Assembly: GCF_018977255.1 (NCBI RefSeq)
Contig: NW_024704743.1
Coordinates: 84,074,001-84,138,000 of the forward strand
Direction of reading: 5' to 3'
Origin: Callorhinchus milii
Taxonomy: Eukaryota
DNA: 64,000 bases
Shown: positions 52,694 through 64,000 of the stretch, piece by piece
Layout: the number at the start of each line of letters is the position of its first letter
Position numbering within the stretch: the stretch's first letter is position 1
Notes under the pieces: generated by a model
Database searches by the model: none
Told to the model about the DNA's origin: nothing
The model's input: the letters and a program-made list of their open reading frames with translations, nothing else
Translations under genes and position numbers: made by a program

Positions 52694-54518
52694 AAGTGAT
52701 AAAAGCATGGATAAGGATCTCGGCTGCAGTCAATTGGTGCAAAGCAATGTCCCACAAACAGGTATGAAGAGAGTTACCAATTTTATTTGGGGGTTATTAG
52801 CTAGCAGCTACTCCGTCCTCTTTTCGAATGGTGCCATGGGATCTTTAACAGGCAGTTCATCGGATCCTCCCACTGTGATCTTGTGTTGAGTCAACAACGA
52901 TAATACTGTCATATTAATAATGCTTGCATTTGATATAGCACCTTTCATGACAGGAGTAGGTCTTATAGCACTTCTTGGGATATACAATAGAGTGATCTAT
53001 AGTATAAAGTAGAAACTGTTTATTTTGAAAGCAAAGTCAAGCCTTTACATATAAAGTTAAAATAACTGTAACAAGGTGAGTCTTATAAACCACATTATAC
53101 ACTATAATTATATATATTACATTGCAGGTTTCCAATCCTATGTTGGTTCAGGTCACAAAAACGCTGAGTGTCACTAAGAGATAAACCAGCACTGATCTAG
53201 ACTCCACACGTGGCATGTTTATGTGCAATTGGCTATTTAAATTGGCTGATTTTTGAGCGAAACGATTTCCTACGGTGTTTATCTTGGAAAAATTCAATAC
53301 CGTGGTGTGACAGTAAGAAATTGAAGCATCACTTTCAGTCACCTTTTGCTTGAGTCAAATTTGCTGTACTTTCAGAAAAGCTACTGTATTATTGACTATT
53401 ATAGGTTATGATTTATTTGTCAAGCCCATTATTCCAGAAATGTAGATTGTAATTTTCATTACAGTCATTAAGTTCCTTCATATTTTTAAAATGCTATAAT
53501 TTGCAACTATAGTTTAAAGCAATTAAATTATTATTAGCAAGGTTCAATTAATGCTTCAGTTTTTTTTATTTGATAATTCCTTTGAAGTACTCCTTCTGAG
53601 CGATGTTTATAGAGCGCGCAGTGCTGGATTTTCTGCTGGTTCAGGTGGTTACTGCAGTGCTTCCTTCCCTTCTATTATTCATTAGCTTGCTCTTTTCTTT
53701 TTCCATTGGTAAGAATTTATGAGAATTCTCTTTGTGTGCTATGACAGAGAAACAAGCTCCTGCAATGAATTATTGTGTAATTAATCATTCAACCATGAGG
53801 GATTCATTTACTAATTAAAAAACGTTAAAAAAGAGTAAATTGAAATAAGCGCCAGCCGCTTAATCACAACTTTTGACATGTGTGTGACACTGTAATTCAT
53901 TCTAATGTATCAATCAAAGAGATGTAAATTGCACTTATTACATGACCCTTTTTTTCTTTAAAAAAAATGAACCCTTTAGTTCTTGCACCAGTTAAAAGTA
54001 CTGAATGCTTTTTTTTTCAATTGCAATCTTTTTAAGCATGTTTTCTTTTGTGAGACCTGTAATGTCACTTTACTTAAAACATTTTTTTCTTTAGTTTATG
54101 CTTTTGTTTTGCTTTACAGCTTCTTCCGGTTAAGAAGTTACCACTATTTAGTGGTTGGTTTCTCTATAACTGTTAATCCTTAATTCTAGTACTTGGTTGG
54201 TGGAGAACGCTTTTCACGTGAACTATTTATCAAAATAGCAAGGAAATCCATTAGTTTAGATTGCTCCCTGGGGGAGTTTTAGGGTACATTAAGATGATGG
54301 TTGTTAGTGCTGGGAAATGGGGGTTCAGATTACTCTCTGAGGTCCTGATAGTAACTTGGTTGAGTTGATAATTCCTTGCACCCAGAGAATTGCACCACCA
54401 TGCAGTTTGATGGTGGTTATTTGTATGAAACGTCACCTAATGAGAGTTTCTATAGAGCAGGACATCTGTCACCCAATGAATACATCTACTGTCCAATGGC
54501 TGATGATTGATTCCACAA

Positions 54519-54519
<1 letters not shown>

Positions 54520-54549
<30 letters not shown>

Positions 54550-54850
54550 TCCTTACATTTGATATGGTGACTTTCACATCAGGAAGACGTTTCAAAGTGC
54601 TTCACAGAATATACCATGGAGTGCAGTAACAAACAGCCAGAAAGTGAATGATCAATTTATCAGTTTATTGGTCAGGATACTGGGAGAAACTCCCTTCTCT
54701 TTTCAGATAGTGCCATGAGATCTTTAACATGTACTTGAACAAACAGACAGGGCTTTGGTTTAATGTCTATCTGAAGGATGGTGCCTCTGATAATGCAGCA
54801 CCCAACCCCCCACCACCCCCCAAGCATTGCACTGGAGCGTGAGGCTGGGT
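54520..54850 (-). mobile_element. SINE family B with a (TAA)n tail
   Basis: Reverse match to the central domain. Confidence 0.8.
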
Positions 54851-55489
54851 TTTATATAACACCTTTCACATCGAGAAAATGTCTCTAAAAGTGCTTTATA
54901 CTCGACACAAAACACACTTTATGAAAACAACAAAAACAACAGTAACTCCTGGGAAGTGCTTTAGGCCTCCTCCTGATGTGGGAAACACTATACCAAATGT
55001 ATGGATTATTGTTTTATTATTTTGTAGGAGAAGGTGCCAATTTGCACTTTGCACTCAACAATGTTCTATAAACAGTCATAAATGGCCTATTTCATCTGGG
55101 AGATTGGTGCCCAGGAGATGCTTCTTCTCTGTTGATGAACAACGAAGGTCAATATTTTGGTATTCCTAACAATTTCCATTCCTTAATTAAGAAAAAAGGC
55201 TAAAATCTATTTTGAAATGTCCCTTCCCGAATTGTGAACAGCCCAAAGCCCCTGAAGCTGACTGAAAATGTTGCTCATTGTCATCTTGAATTCTCAGTTA
55301 ATGAAAGCTGGACGCTTGATCTATTTAATTTACTAGCCTGTAAAGTGACATTGAAAAGCCCCAGGACTGGTCCGAAAACTTGTCAACCTCGCTTGAAAAA
55401 GAATTTGGGATCACCAGCTTATTCATGATCTGTGGCTGGCATCTTTCTATGCTGCATCTTCTCAGTTTGACCATTGCTCTGCCTTTAAT

Positions 55490-55870
55490 AATAAATAATA
55501 ATCCTTCTGTTTGATATAGTGCCCTATCATATCAGCAAAGTGAGTCAAAGTGTTCCACAAGTTTTATTTAAAGTGTGGTAATTGTGCATTTGTTGATGAA
55601 CATGGCAGCCAATTTGCATACAGCAATGTCCCACAATTGGCTACGATGACCAATTTTATCTGGGGATTTATTGGCCAGGACACTGAGAAAAACTCCCTTC
55701 TTTTTCAAATAATTCGACAGGATCTTTATCATTCACCTGAAGAAGTAGATGGGACTACTTATAGAAACACAGCACCTCTGACAATGCTGCCCTTCCCCAG
55801 CATTGCACTGGATTGTCAGCATATACTTCAGTTCAAAGCCTTGACAATGGGCTTCAACCTACAATCTTCA
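55490..55870 (-). mobile_element. SINE family B
   Basis: Reverse match to the family. Confidence 0.75.
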
Positions 55871-58374
55871 GTAAATCCCGTGAAGCAATTTGAGATGTTT
55901 TGATGATGTGATAAAGCATTATATCAAGTCCAATATATATACATATATATGTATAAAGAGATTAAACCACAGAGGGACATGTATCTGTCATATAACATAT
56001 ATTTACCTAGTAATTTAGAATTATTGCTGCTATGGTTAGATTTATAATGAAACACAAGTACAGTTTATACTGACTCATATCTGAGTTATACATTTTTTAT
56101 ATACTTTGTGCTTTACATAGCCTCTTCGAGACCATGTGAGAGTAAGACTGGGTGAGAGAGAGACTCTATGGAACCAAAGCAATCCATTTCTTTAGATACT
56201 TATCCTCAGTTCACAATGAGAAATACTCTTGCTACTCTTTGCATTGAGAAGCAGCACATGTATAAGAGAACCACACTCTCTCGGGTGTTATTAGGAATAT
56301 AAATTGTATATGCTAAAAACTGATGGTCTTTTAAATGTCTTACATAATGAATCGGATACATCTTGTAAAACTGACCTGGGTCAAGCACTGAAAATAAATT
56401 ACTCTGATGCTTATTACTGCAGCAGTGAGAAAGGACATGAGAGTTCTGTAAAGCAGTTGAAGCAGAAGCAAAGGAGTTGCGATGCAAACTCTGAGGCATG
56501 TTGTTTGCACATAACACGTGTTTTGACAATAATCTTCACGTTGCATTTAAGCTATTTATATAGTAGTTTTTTTATCATATTGGAAATTTGATCTCTAAAC
56601 ATGTTTGTACTTTGTTGAGAATGCGTCAGCATTAGCCTGTAATACAGATAATCTGATAAAAATCCAAAAGCTGATTTGTATGCTATGCTAATTCAGGATC
56701 CTCTCTGGAGCTCAGAACACTGTTCAAATGCTGCATGAGATTACAGAAAGCTTCTGTGCTGATATTAAATTCACCACAATCCCTTCACTTATAATTTTGA
56801 AATGGAAATTTCATTTCATTAATACTCACTGCGAAACTATATTTGCTAGGCTCTGCTTCTCATTGGGTTACGGCTAATCCTTTGACAAGATATGTCTTCC
56901 ACAAACAGCGGCAGCTTTTGAAAGCAACTGCGTCAAACAACAGTCTTCCTCGAAAAACTTCAAATCATTGCAAGAGTCTAGCAATAGAGCAGGCAGTTTC
57001 TGTAGTAAGCTCACAGTCAGACTCCACAGTATGATTTGTATTATTGATGGTCGTATTTATTTTACCAGGTCTTCAACCTGTAGCACTTTTCCCTGTAGAT
57101 GAAGGTGATATCAAAGCCAACCCTTGGATGGGGCAATGGAATAATGCAAGTGGTGACTTCGCAGAGTCCTTTGGTATTCTTCACCAGAGCTATCTTAAAT
57201 CAGAAAGTTTCCTAAATCTGGTACATGCAGCACCACTAAATGTTATTGAGTAAGTGATTTATATGCTGACTTATTGCAGGCATAAAATGATGGTGCAACT
57301 TACATATCATAATGTTTGGTAAGTAAAACAGGCAGAGAATAGTGAAATCTATAGTTATTTTTGCATACACAGCTAAGTAATAGATTGCTCGTGCAGTTGT
57401 CAAGGCTACAGTGGAGTTTTGACTGTTACCTGTTTGCTTTACAAAATTAATTGTTTCATTAAAAACTTCCACCATCAGTCTCTTTGGAAAAGAGAGAAAT
57501 TGGGGAAATGATTCATCAATCTTGAGTGCCACACAGTGATTTGGGGTTGAAAGTACCAAGTTATTAGAAAAATACATCTTGGTTACTACAGTAACCATGT
57601 GCCTGTGTGGTGTAATGCAAGGTATTAGAATCACACTGAATTCTTCAGAGGCCCAACGCCTTCGACTAACATTGTTGCAGGACTGTTTTGAAACATCCAG
57701 CTGTGCAAAATGTTCTCATTAGTTGCCGCTGAAAAATACTTAAAAGACAGAGCAAAGAGCTGAAAAAATATCCTGATTAGCAACTTAAAGAACCTGCTTA
57801 TTTAGTAAGGAAACATGGTCTTAAATCTCAACATTGGGGTTCATCACCCATCACCTGCTAAAACTATGTCATTACATGTTCATAATGAGTAAACCCATGT
57901 TAAGGTTTTATAATGGAAAATAATAATAATTCTTGCATTTAATATAGCACCTTATCACATCATCGAGATGTCTTAAAGCACTTCAAAGGATATTCTGTGA
58001 AGTGGTGTGACTGTGTATAGTTTGTGGGCGAACGGGGCATCCAAATTTGTTCACAGCAATGCCCACAAATAGCCATGCATTGAGTGATCAATTTAATTTG
58101 GGGGATTGTTGGTAGGACATTGGGAGAAACTCTCTTCTCTTTTCAGTGTTCAGTGTTTTCTAATGGGAAATAATAATAATAATCCTTGCATTTGATATAG
58201 CGCTTTTCACGTCGGGAGGACGTCCCAAAGCGCTTCACAGAACACACTGTAAAGTGAATTGACTGTATATTTGAGGGCGAACGCGGCAGCCAATTGCGCA
58301 CAGCAATGTCCCACAAACAGTCGTAGATTGAAAATGACCAATTTATTATTGTTTTTTTTGTTTTGGAGGGATTA

Positions 58375-61192
58375 CAACAACAACAACAACAAGATTCCAT
58401 TTATAGAGCGCCTTTCACGTCAGGAGGACGTCCCAAGGCGCTGCACAGTTGGGTCATGACCCGAGCAGGGGGGAAATGGTCAGGGTGAGGGGAGGGAAGG
58501 GAGGGAGAGAGGAGGGGGAAATGGTCAGGGTGAGGGGAGGGAAGGGAGGGAGCGAGGAGGAGGAAGAGAGTCGAGAGGGGAGCTGAAGGCACGGTCAAAG
58601 AGAAAGGTTTTGAGACCGGCCTTGAAGGAGGAAAGGGAGGAAGCAAGGCGAAGGCACTGGGGGATGGAGTTCCAGAGCCTCGGGGCTGAGAGGCTGAAGG
58701 CCCGACCACCGATAGTAGGGCGGTTGGGGCGGGGGACGTGGAGCAGACCGGAGCCAGAGGAACGGAGGGTACGGGCAGGTAGGTAGGGGGATAGTAGGTT
58801 GGAGAGGTAGGAGGGAGCAAGGCCGTGAATGGCCTTGTAGGTGAGGATGAGGATCTTGAAATCAATCCTCTGGGGGATGGGGAGCCAGTGGAGGCGAGCG
58901 AGGGTGGGAGTGATGTGGTCGCGAAGCCTGGTGCGGGACAGTACACGAGCTGCAGAGTTCTGAATGACCTGCAGCTTGTGGAGGGAGGTGGCGGGAAGGC
59001 CGGCGAGGAGAGAGTTCCCATAGTCCAGCCTTGAGGTGACAAAGGCGTGAACCAGGGTTTCAGCAGCGTGAGGGGTGAGGTAGTGCCGTAATCTGGCGAT
59101 ATTCCGGAGGTGATGGAAGGCGGTGCCAGTTGTGGTGCGGATGTGAGGGAGAAAGGACAGCTCAGGGTCGAACAAAACGCCGAGGTTCCTGACTGGCTTT
59201 GAGAGGTGGAGAGTGCAGCCTTGGATGCTGATGGTGTCAGCGCCTGAGGTGCGGAGGCGCTGACGTGAGCCAATCAGGAGGGCCTCGGTTTTTTGCACGT
59301 TGAGCTGAAGAAAGTTGTCTCTCGTCCAGGACTCGATGTCGGACAGGCAGGCTGTCAGGACATCGGTGGTCGTGGAGTTGAGAGTAGAGGAGGAAAGGTA
59401 GAGTTGGGTGTCATCCGCATACATGTGGAAGTTAACCCCATGTTTGCGGATGATGTCACCAAGGGGGAGCATATAGAGGGTGAAGAGGAGGGGACCGAGG
59501 ACAGAGCCCTGAGGGACACCACATGAGACAGTACGGGGGGTGGAGGAGAAGCCATTCGTTGAGACGAAGTGAAGACGGTGAGAAAGGTACGACCTAAACC
59601 ATTCAAGGACAGTGCCTTGAAGGTTGAGGTGGGAGGACAAGCGGTGGAGTAGGATAGCGTGGTCGACCGTATCGAATGCTGCCGATAGGTCGAGGAGGAC
59701 GAGGAGACAGAGGGAGCCCTGGTCACAGATGGTCAGGATATCATTGGTGACCTTGACCAGGGCAGTTTCTGTGCTATGAGCAGCACGGAAACCTGACTGA
59801 AGGGGTTCAAAAAGAGAATGGGTGGAGAGGAAAGAGCGCAGTTGGGAGGCGACAACTCTTTCCAAGACCTTGGAGAGAAAGGGGAGGTTGGAGATGGGCC
59901 GGTAGCTTGATAGCTGCGACGCATCAAGGGAGGGTTTTTTCAGGGTGGGCGTGATGATGGCAGTTTTTAATGGAATGGGGACAGAGCCAGAGGAGAGGGA
60001 CAGGTTTATGATGTCAGTGATGTGTGGGGCAAGAAAATGGAGCTGGGAGATAAGGAGTGGAGTGGGGATGGGGTCAAGGGAGCAGGTGGTTGGTTTTAGG
60101 GATAGGATGAGTTCAGTGACAGAGGGTGGGGAAACGGGTACGAAGGTGTGTAGGGGAGGATGGGTAGGAGTCGGAGTGTGGGAGGGAAGGGGTGGGTGGT
60201 GGGTGGAAGTTGGAGGGGAAGTGACCGCGGAGCGGATTCCCTTGATCTTGGATTCAAGGAAATCCAGCATCTCCTCGCAGTGAAGGTTGGAGGAGATGAC
60301 CTGCGCGGGGTGGCGGGGGGGACGGAGGAGTCGGGATGTGGTGGAAAACAGTAGCCTGGGGTTGTTCTTCGCCTCCAGGATTATCCTGGAGTAGAAGGAC
60401 GACTTGGCCGAGGCTAGAGTGGAGCGGTAAATTTTGAGGAGGTCCAGCCAGATTTGTCGGTGGACCGTTAAGCCGGATTTGACAAAGGTGCGCTCAGCAG
60501 CCCGCACCTGGCATTTCAGTGAGCGGAGGTGGGTGGTGTACCAGGGGGAGGAGCGGGAGTAGGAGACAGTGCGGGAAGTGATGGGGGCAAGAGTATCGAG
60601 TGTGGAGGAGAGGATATTGTGGAGGAGGGAGAGAGGAGAAGAGGGGTCGGTGAGGGTTGAAGGCCAGAGGGAGAGGAGTTCAGAGGACTCCAAGGCATCG
60701 GTTAGGGATTGTGGGGGTAACTTCTTCCAAGGGCGGTAGAAGATGGTGGTGGGTCTGGTGGAGGTGGGGAGGGGGGTGGAGGTGGTGAAGGAGATGAAGT
60801 AGTGGTCGGAGATGGCCTTGTCGGTAATAGTGACATCCGAGACACTGAGGCCCCGGGTGATCACCAAATCGAGTGGGTGGCCGTGACTGTGAGTGGGGGA
60901 GTTTATGTGTAGGGAAAGGTTGAGTGAGGAGAGCAGGGAAGAGAAGTCTGTGGAGATGGAGCAGGAGGGGGTGAAGTGTAGGTTAAAGTCGCCCAGGATG
61001 ATGAGGCGATCGGAGCAGAGGCAAAGAGATGTGAGGAGTGTTGAAATGTCAGAGATGAAGGTGGGAGAGGTTTTAGGGGGCCGGTAGAGGAGGAGGATTT
61101 TAAGGGAGAGGAATGAGGGGTGGGAGAGGGTGAGGTGCTCGAAGGAGGGGAAAGAGCCAGTGGAGTAGGGGGAGAGGGCAAGTGGTGTCCTT
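58375..61192 (-). mobile_element. Young L2-clade LINE, 5'-truncated within the endonuclease domain
   Basis: ORF2 with EN and RT motifs, pyrimidine-rich 3' UTR, 3' stem-loop and (TTG)n tail. GATTA is duplicated at 58370-58374 and 61193-61197. Inserted in a SINE. Confidence 0.96.
58525..61185 (-). CDS. LINE ORF2 (partial APE endonuclease plus reverse transcriptase), about 887 codons, native start missing
   Basis: The 780-aa track ORF extends upstream in frame without stops ([23 protein letters not shown]). It continues with [46 protein letters not shown] and LHWLPI. Confidence 0.93.
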   Translation of the reverse strand, partial: PLALSPYSTGSFPSFEHLTLSHPSFLSLKILLLYRPPKTSPTFISDISTLLTSLCLCSDRLIILGDFNLHFTPSCSISTDFSSLLSSLNLSLHINSPTHSHGHPLDLVITRGLSVSDVTITDKAISDHYFISFTTSTPLPTSTRPTTIFYRPWKKLPPQSLTDALESSELLSLWPSTLTDPSSPLSLLHNILSSTLDTLAPITSRTVSYSRSSPWYTTHLRSLKCQVRAAERTFVKSGLTVHRQIWLDLLKIYRSTLASAKSSFYSRIILEAKNNPRLLFSTTSRLLRPPRHPAQVISSNLHCEEMLDFLESKIKGIRSAVTSPPTSTHHPPLPSHTPTPTHPPLHTFVPVSPPSVTELILSLKPTTCSLDPIPTPLLISQLHFLAPHITDIINLSLSSGSVPIPLKTAIITPTLKKPSLDASQLSSYRPISNLPFLSKVLERVVASQLRSFLSTHSLFEPLQSGFRAAHSTETALVKVTNDILTICDQGSLCLLVLLDLSAAFDTVDHAILLHRLSSHLNLQGTVLEWFRSYLSHRLHFVSTNGFSSTPRTVSCGVPQGSVLGPLLFTLYMLPLGDIIRKHGVNFHMYADDTQLYLSSSTLNSTTTDVLTACLSDIESWTRDNFLQLNVQKTEALLIGSRQRLRTSGADTISIQGCTLHLSKPVRNLGVLFDPELSFLPHIRTTTGTAFHHLRNIARLRHYLTPHAAETLVHAFVTSRLDYGNSLLAGLPATSLHKLQVIQNSAARVLSRTRLRDHITPTLARLHWLPIPQRIDFKILILTYKAIHGLAPSYLSNLLSPYLPARTLRSSGSGLLHVPRPNRPTIGGRAFSLSAPRLWNSIPQCLRLASSLSSFKAGLKTFLFDRAFSSPLDSLPPPRSLPSLPSP

Positions 61193-61964
61193 GATTATTA
61201 TTTTAGGCTCTGTGTGGAGTAAGGAAACTTGCCCAAGGTTTCGCCCTCTGCCTGGAAATGAACTCAGGTCTCTCACTTGCAAAGCGAGTGCTCTAACCAC
61301 TGAGCTACAGGACTCCGTGAGCCATTTCAAAGTGCTCCACATAACATATTGGAAAAATCATCATTTCCCCACAAATGCACTACGAAGTAAAATGCTGTGA
61401 GCCTCTTTGAGATGTCTCAACAGCATAAAAAGGCACTCTTTCAAATGGAAAGATTATTATTACATCAAACTGAGAATTATTTTGTCTACAGTTCAGCCAT
61501 TTTCAAAAGTGACACACCTAGCAATGGCAGATATTAAAGAAAAATCTCATGTTTAATGTTTATCATGGGGAAAATCCCATGTTTAGTTGATATGTCTCAG
61601 TTGAATGGACAGGAACAGCCCTTCCCCTCTGAGCCCGACTTTGTTCAAACTTAAAAATACTATGATCAAATATAGAACCTGACACAACCTACTTTAGACT
61701 AAAGATGTTTCTGGTTTGTGCTGAGTAAATGATCTCAAGGCAAGGGAAACCAAAAGTTAGCCAGGGCTCCTATGCATGATCGCTATCTCAAAAATTTACC
61801 CTGTTGTTAACTATAGATACCAAAGATATCAGATATCAGCTATTTTATATGTAGATTTATAGGGTGTTTTGCACCCCCCAGCTCCAAATTCCACCTCAAT
61901 AGATGGGGTGTCAACCCATGGATTAATGTGCCCCAATGTTATTGGTTCGGGCCCCACATCTGGA

Positions 61965-62330
61965 CTTTGAACTAATATAATCTATGCTGGTTCCAATGCA
62001 GGGCTGGGGGTATGTTACATTGTGAGAGATGCTGTCCTTCAATGAAACATTAAACCAGCATCATGTCTGCCTGTTTAGGTGGAAATTAAAAATCCCATGA
62101 CACTATTTGAAAAAAGAAAGGAGTTTTTTCTAGTTTCCTGGTCAACAGTCCCCAGATAAAATTGATTTTCTCCATGACTGTTTGTGGGATATTCCTGTGT
62201 GCAAAACTGGCTGCTGCCTTCACCTGCAAAATACATAGTCATTACACTTGACAGTAAATCTTGTAAAGGTCCTTGAAAGGCCCTCCTGGTATGAAAGTCA
62301 CAATACCAAACTCAGCATTATTATTATCAT
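61965..62330 (+). mobile_element. SINE family B
   Basis: Central domain and tail. Confidence 0.8.
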
Positions 62331-62704
62331 GGCATTGGATTGCTGGGTTACCTGACTTTATTTTGAATTGATAAGTTACCTTACTCTGATTTTATTTTAT
62401 TGTAGAGTTAAAATAATAATGATATTAATCCTTGCAAATGTCTACAAAAGACTCCAGATATTTGAAGGGTCATTGGCAGGGTTAGGTTATCTCTTTATGC
62501 TCACCGGAATGACATAAATAGATCCTAAACATAATGACACAATCATTCAATGGGTGAGGATCTGAAAATAGTAATAAAATGATGATTAATATAGAATGGT
62601 GTTATGTTGGCCAATATGCACCAGTAACACTCCATAAATAATGAATGAAATTAAAATTGTGGAAGAAGAGAAAAAAAGTGAGTAACAATAAAATTGAAGA
62701 CAGA

Positions 62705-63089
62705 TAATAATAATAATAATCCTTGCATTTGATATAACACCTTATCATGTCTTCGAGACGTCTCAAAGTGCTTCACAGAACACACTGTAAAGTGAATTGA
62801 CTGTATATTTTGTGGGCGAAATGTGGCAGCCAATTGCCCACAGCAGTGTCCAACAAATAGTTTAATTATTATTTAATATTATTTAGTTTACTTATTTATT
62901 TATTTGAAGGCATTATTACCATTGGATAAGTGATCCGCCAATCGACTAACAACCAGGTTCCTACTTACTGCTACGTAAACAGGAGTGCGTGGAGAAAGGA
63001 AACTTGCCCAACATTTTGCCCTGCTGGGAATCGAACCAGGGTCTCTCGCTTGTGAGGCGAGCATTCTAACCACTGAGCTACAGGACTCC
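62705..63089 (-). mobile_element. SINE family A, long form
   Basis: Head ends CAGGACTCC at 63089. Contains GGTTCCTACTTACTGCTA. Confidence 0.9.
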
Positions 63090-64000
63090 AGAGTTGGTGA
63101 GGAGTTGGGGCCTGGAACAGCAGCCAATATACACACCCATACACACAAAGGATTGGAGGCTGAGATCAGGCACAGTCCGGCTTAAAATTCTGTCTATTGT
63201 TTCTGTTGGTCCTTGGGATCAGCGGCTATGCTCTCTCTCCGCAGCCTTCAATGTCCTCATGTCAGGTGAAACCACACACTCTCAGATGTGAGGGGTATAG
63301 ACAACAACAACAACAACAGCATTATATTTGTATAGTGACTTTCATGGACTTGAAAACTGAAGGTGTGGATGGCTGGATTCTGACATTGGTAGCTGGTATC
63401 TTCATTTCTTCATGATGACAACTTCTCCACTATCGCTGAGGCCCACACAACCTCTTCATCCAAACCAGCCTGTTTTATATAAACACAGTATATCCAAATG
63501 TAAACACAGTACGGATATATGGCGGCTATTGTCGTGAGGTTAAACATTAAAATTAACGATTATTATTCTTTGCAAACGCAATTTTTGAAGGAGTCTTGAT
63601 GGAGAGCTGAGATTTCATCTCAACAAATATTTCTATTCCTGTGCATACTCTGAGCTCCTAAAGCACAGGTTATCATTCCCCAATCTAAAAAACTTTCAAG
63701 CTGATAAAAAGTTTCATTGTATTTGATGATGTTTTGCTTCTTTCTGCAGGTCTTATGAGCCGTGACTGTCCTTTCATCCTGAGCTGTGTGGAACTCAAGG
63801 CCCAGAACAAGTCGTTTCTGTGTGCAATGTAGCCAAGGGAAGGAAATACTTGCACCTGTAACTGAGAGGTTGCCCTCCCTGAAGCTTCCAACCTGGGCCA
63901 AAGAATCAGGCAAACACACTTGTACTGTTTACGTTCGCTGGTCGATCATGCTTAACAGAGGTGGTTCAAGTTAAACTCACATAAATTTTGCAGACGTAAA

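Larger units (their letters stand above)
58171..61316 (-). mobile_element. SINE family A split by the 2.8-kb L2
   Basis: 3' half at 58171-58374 and 5' half at 61193-61316. Confidence 0.93.

Noticed and set aside
56304..56591. DAYYCSS motif suggesting an Ig/TCR V segment
   Set aside because: There is no conserved Trp or V-domain spacing and no heptamer-nonamer RSS downstream.
1..64000. CRISPR array or prokaryotic operon
   Set aside because: There are no regularly spaced repeat-spacer units and no gene-dense organisation. The sequence is eukaryotic.

Overview
This is AT-rich, repeat-dense vertebrate genomic DNA, either intergenic or inside a large intron. The repeat repertoire suggests a cartilaginous fish, possibly a chimaera (inference). 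No host protein-coding gene can be identified, and nearly all listed ORFs are retrotransposon-derived or spurious. Main content: (1) four young, closely related L2-clade LINE copies, the longest (58375-61192, minus) carrying an unbroken partial APE-endonuclease plus RT frame; (2) older L2 and CR1 relics; (3) two tRNA-headed SINE families, one Deu-type and one apparently mosaic, that share the L2 3' stem-loop; (4) a short dispersed repeat carrying a minimal type I hammerhead ribozyme core; (5) a 110-bp palindrome; (6) repeat-free stretches with CTCF-like and TGACAG motif clusters. The most interesting observations are the hammerhead-bearing non-autonomous element and two independent L2 insertions into the same linker of one SINE family. 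Boundaries of old repeats are approximate and were set by eye.
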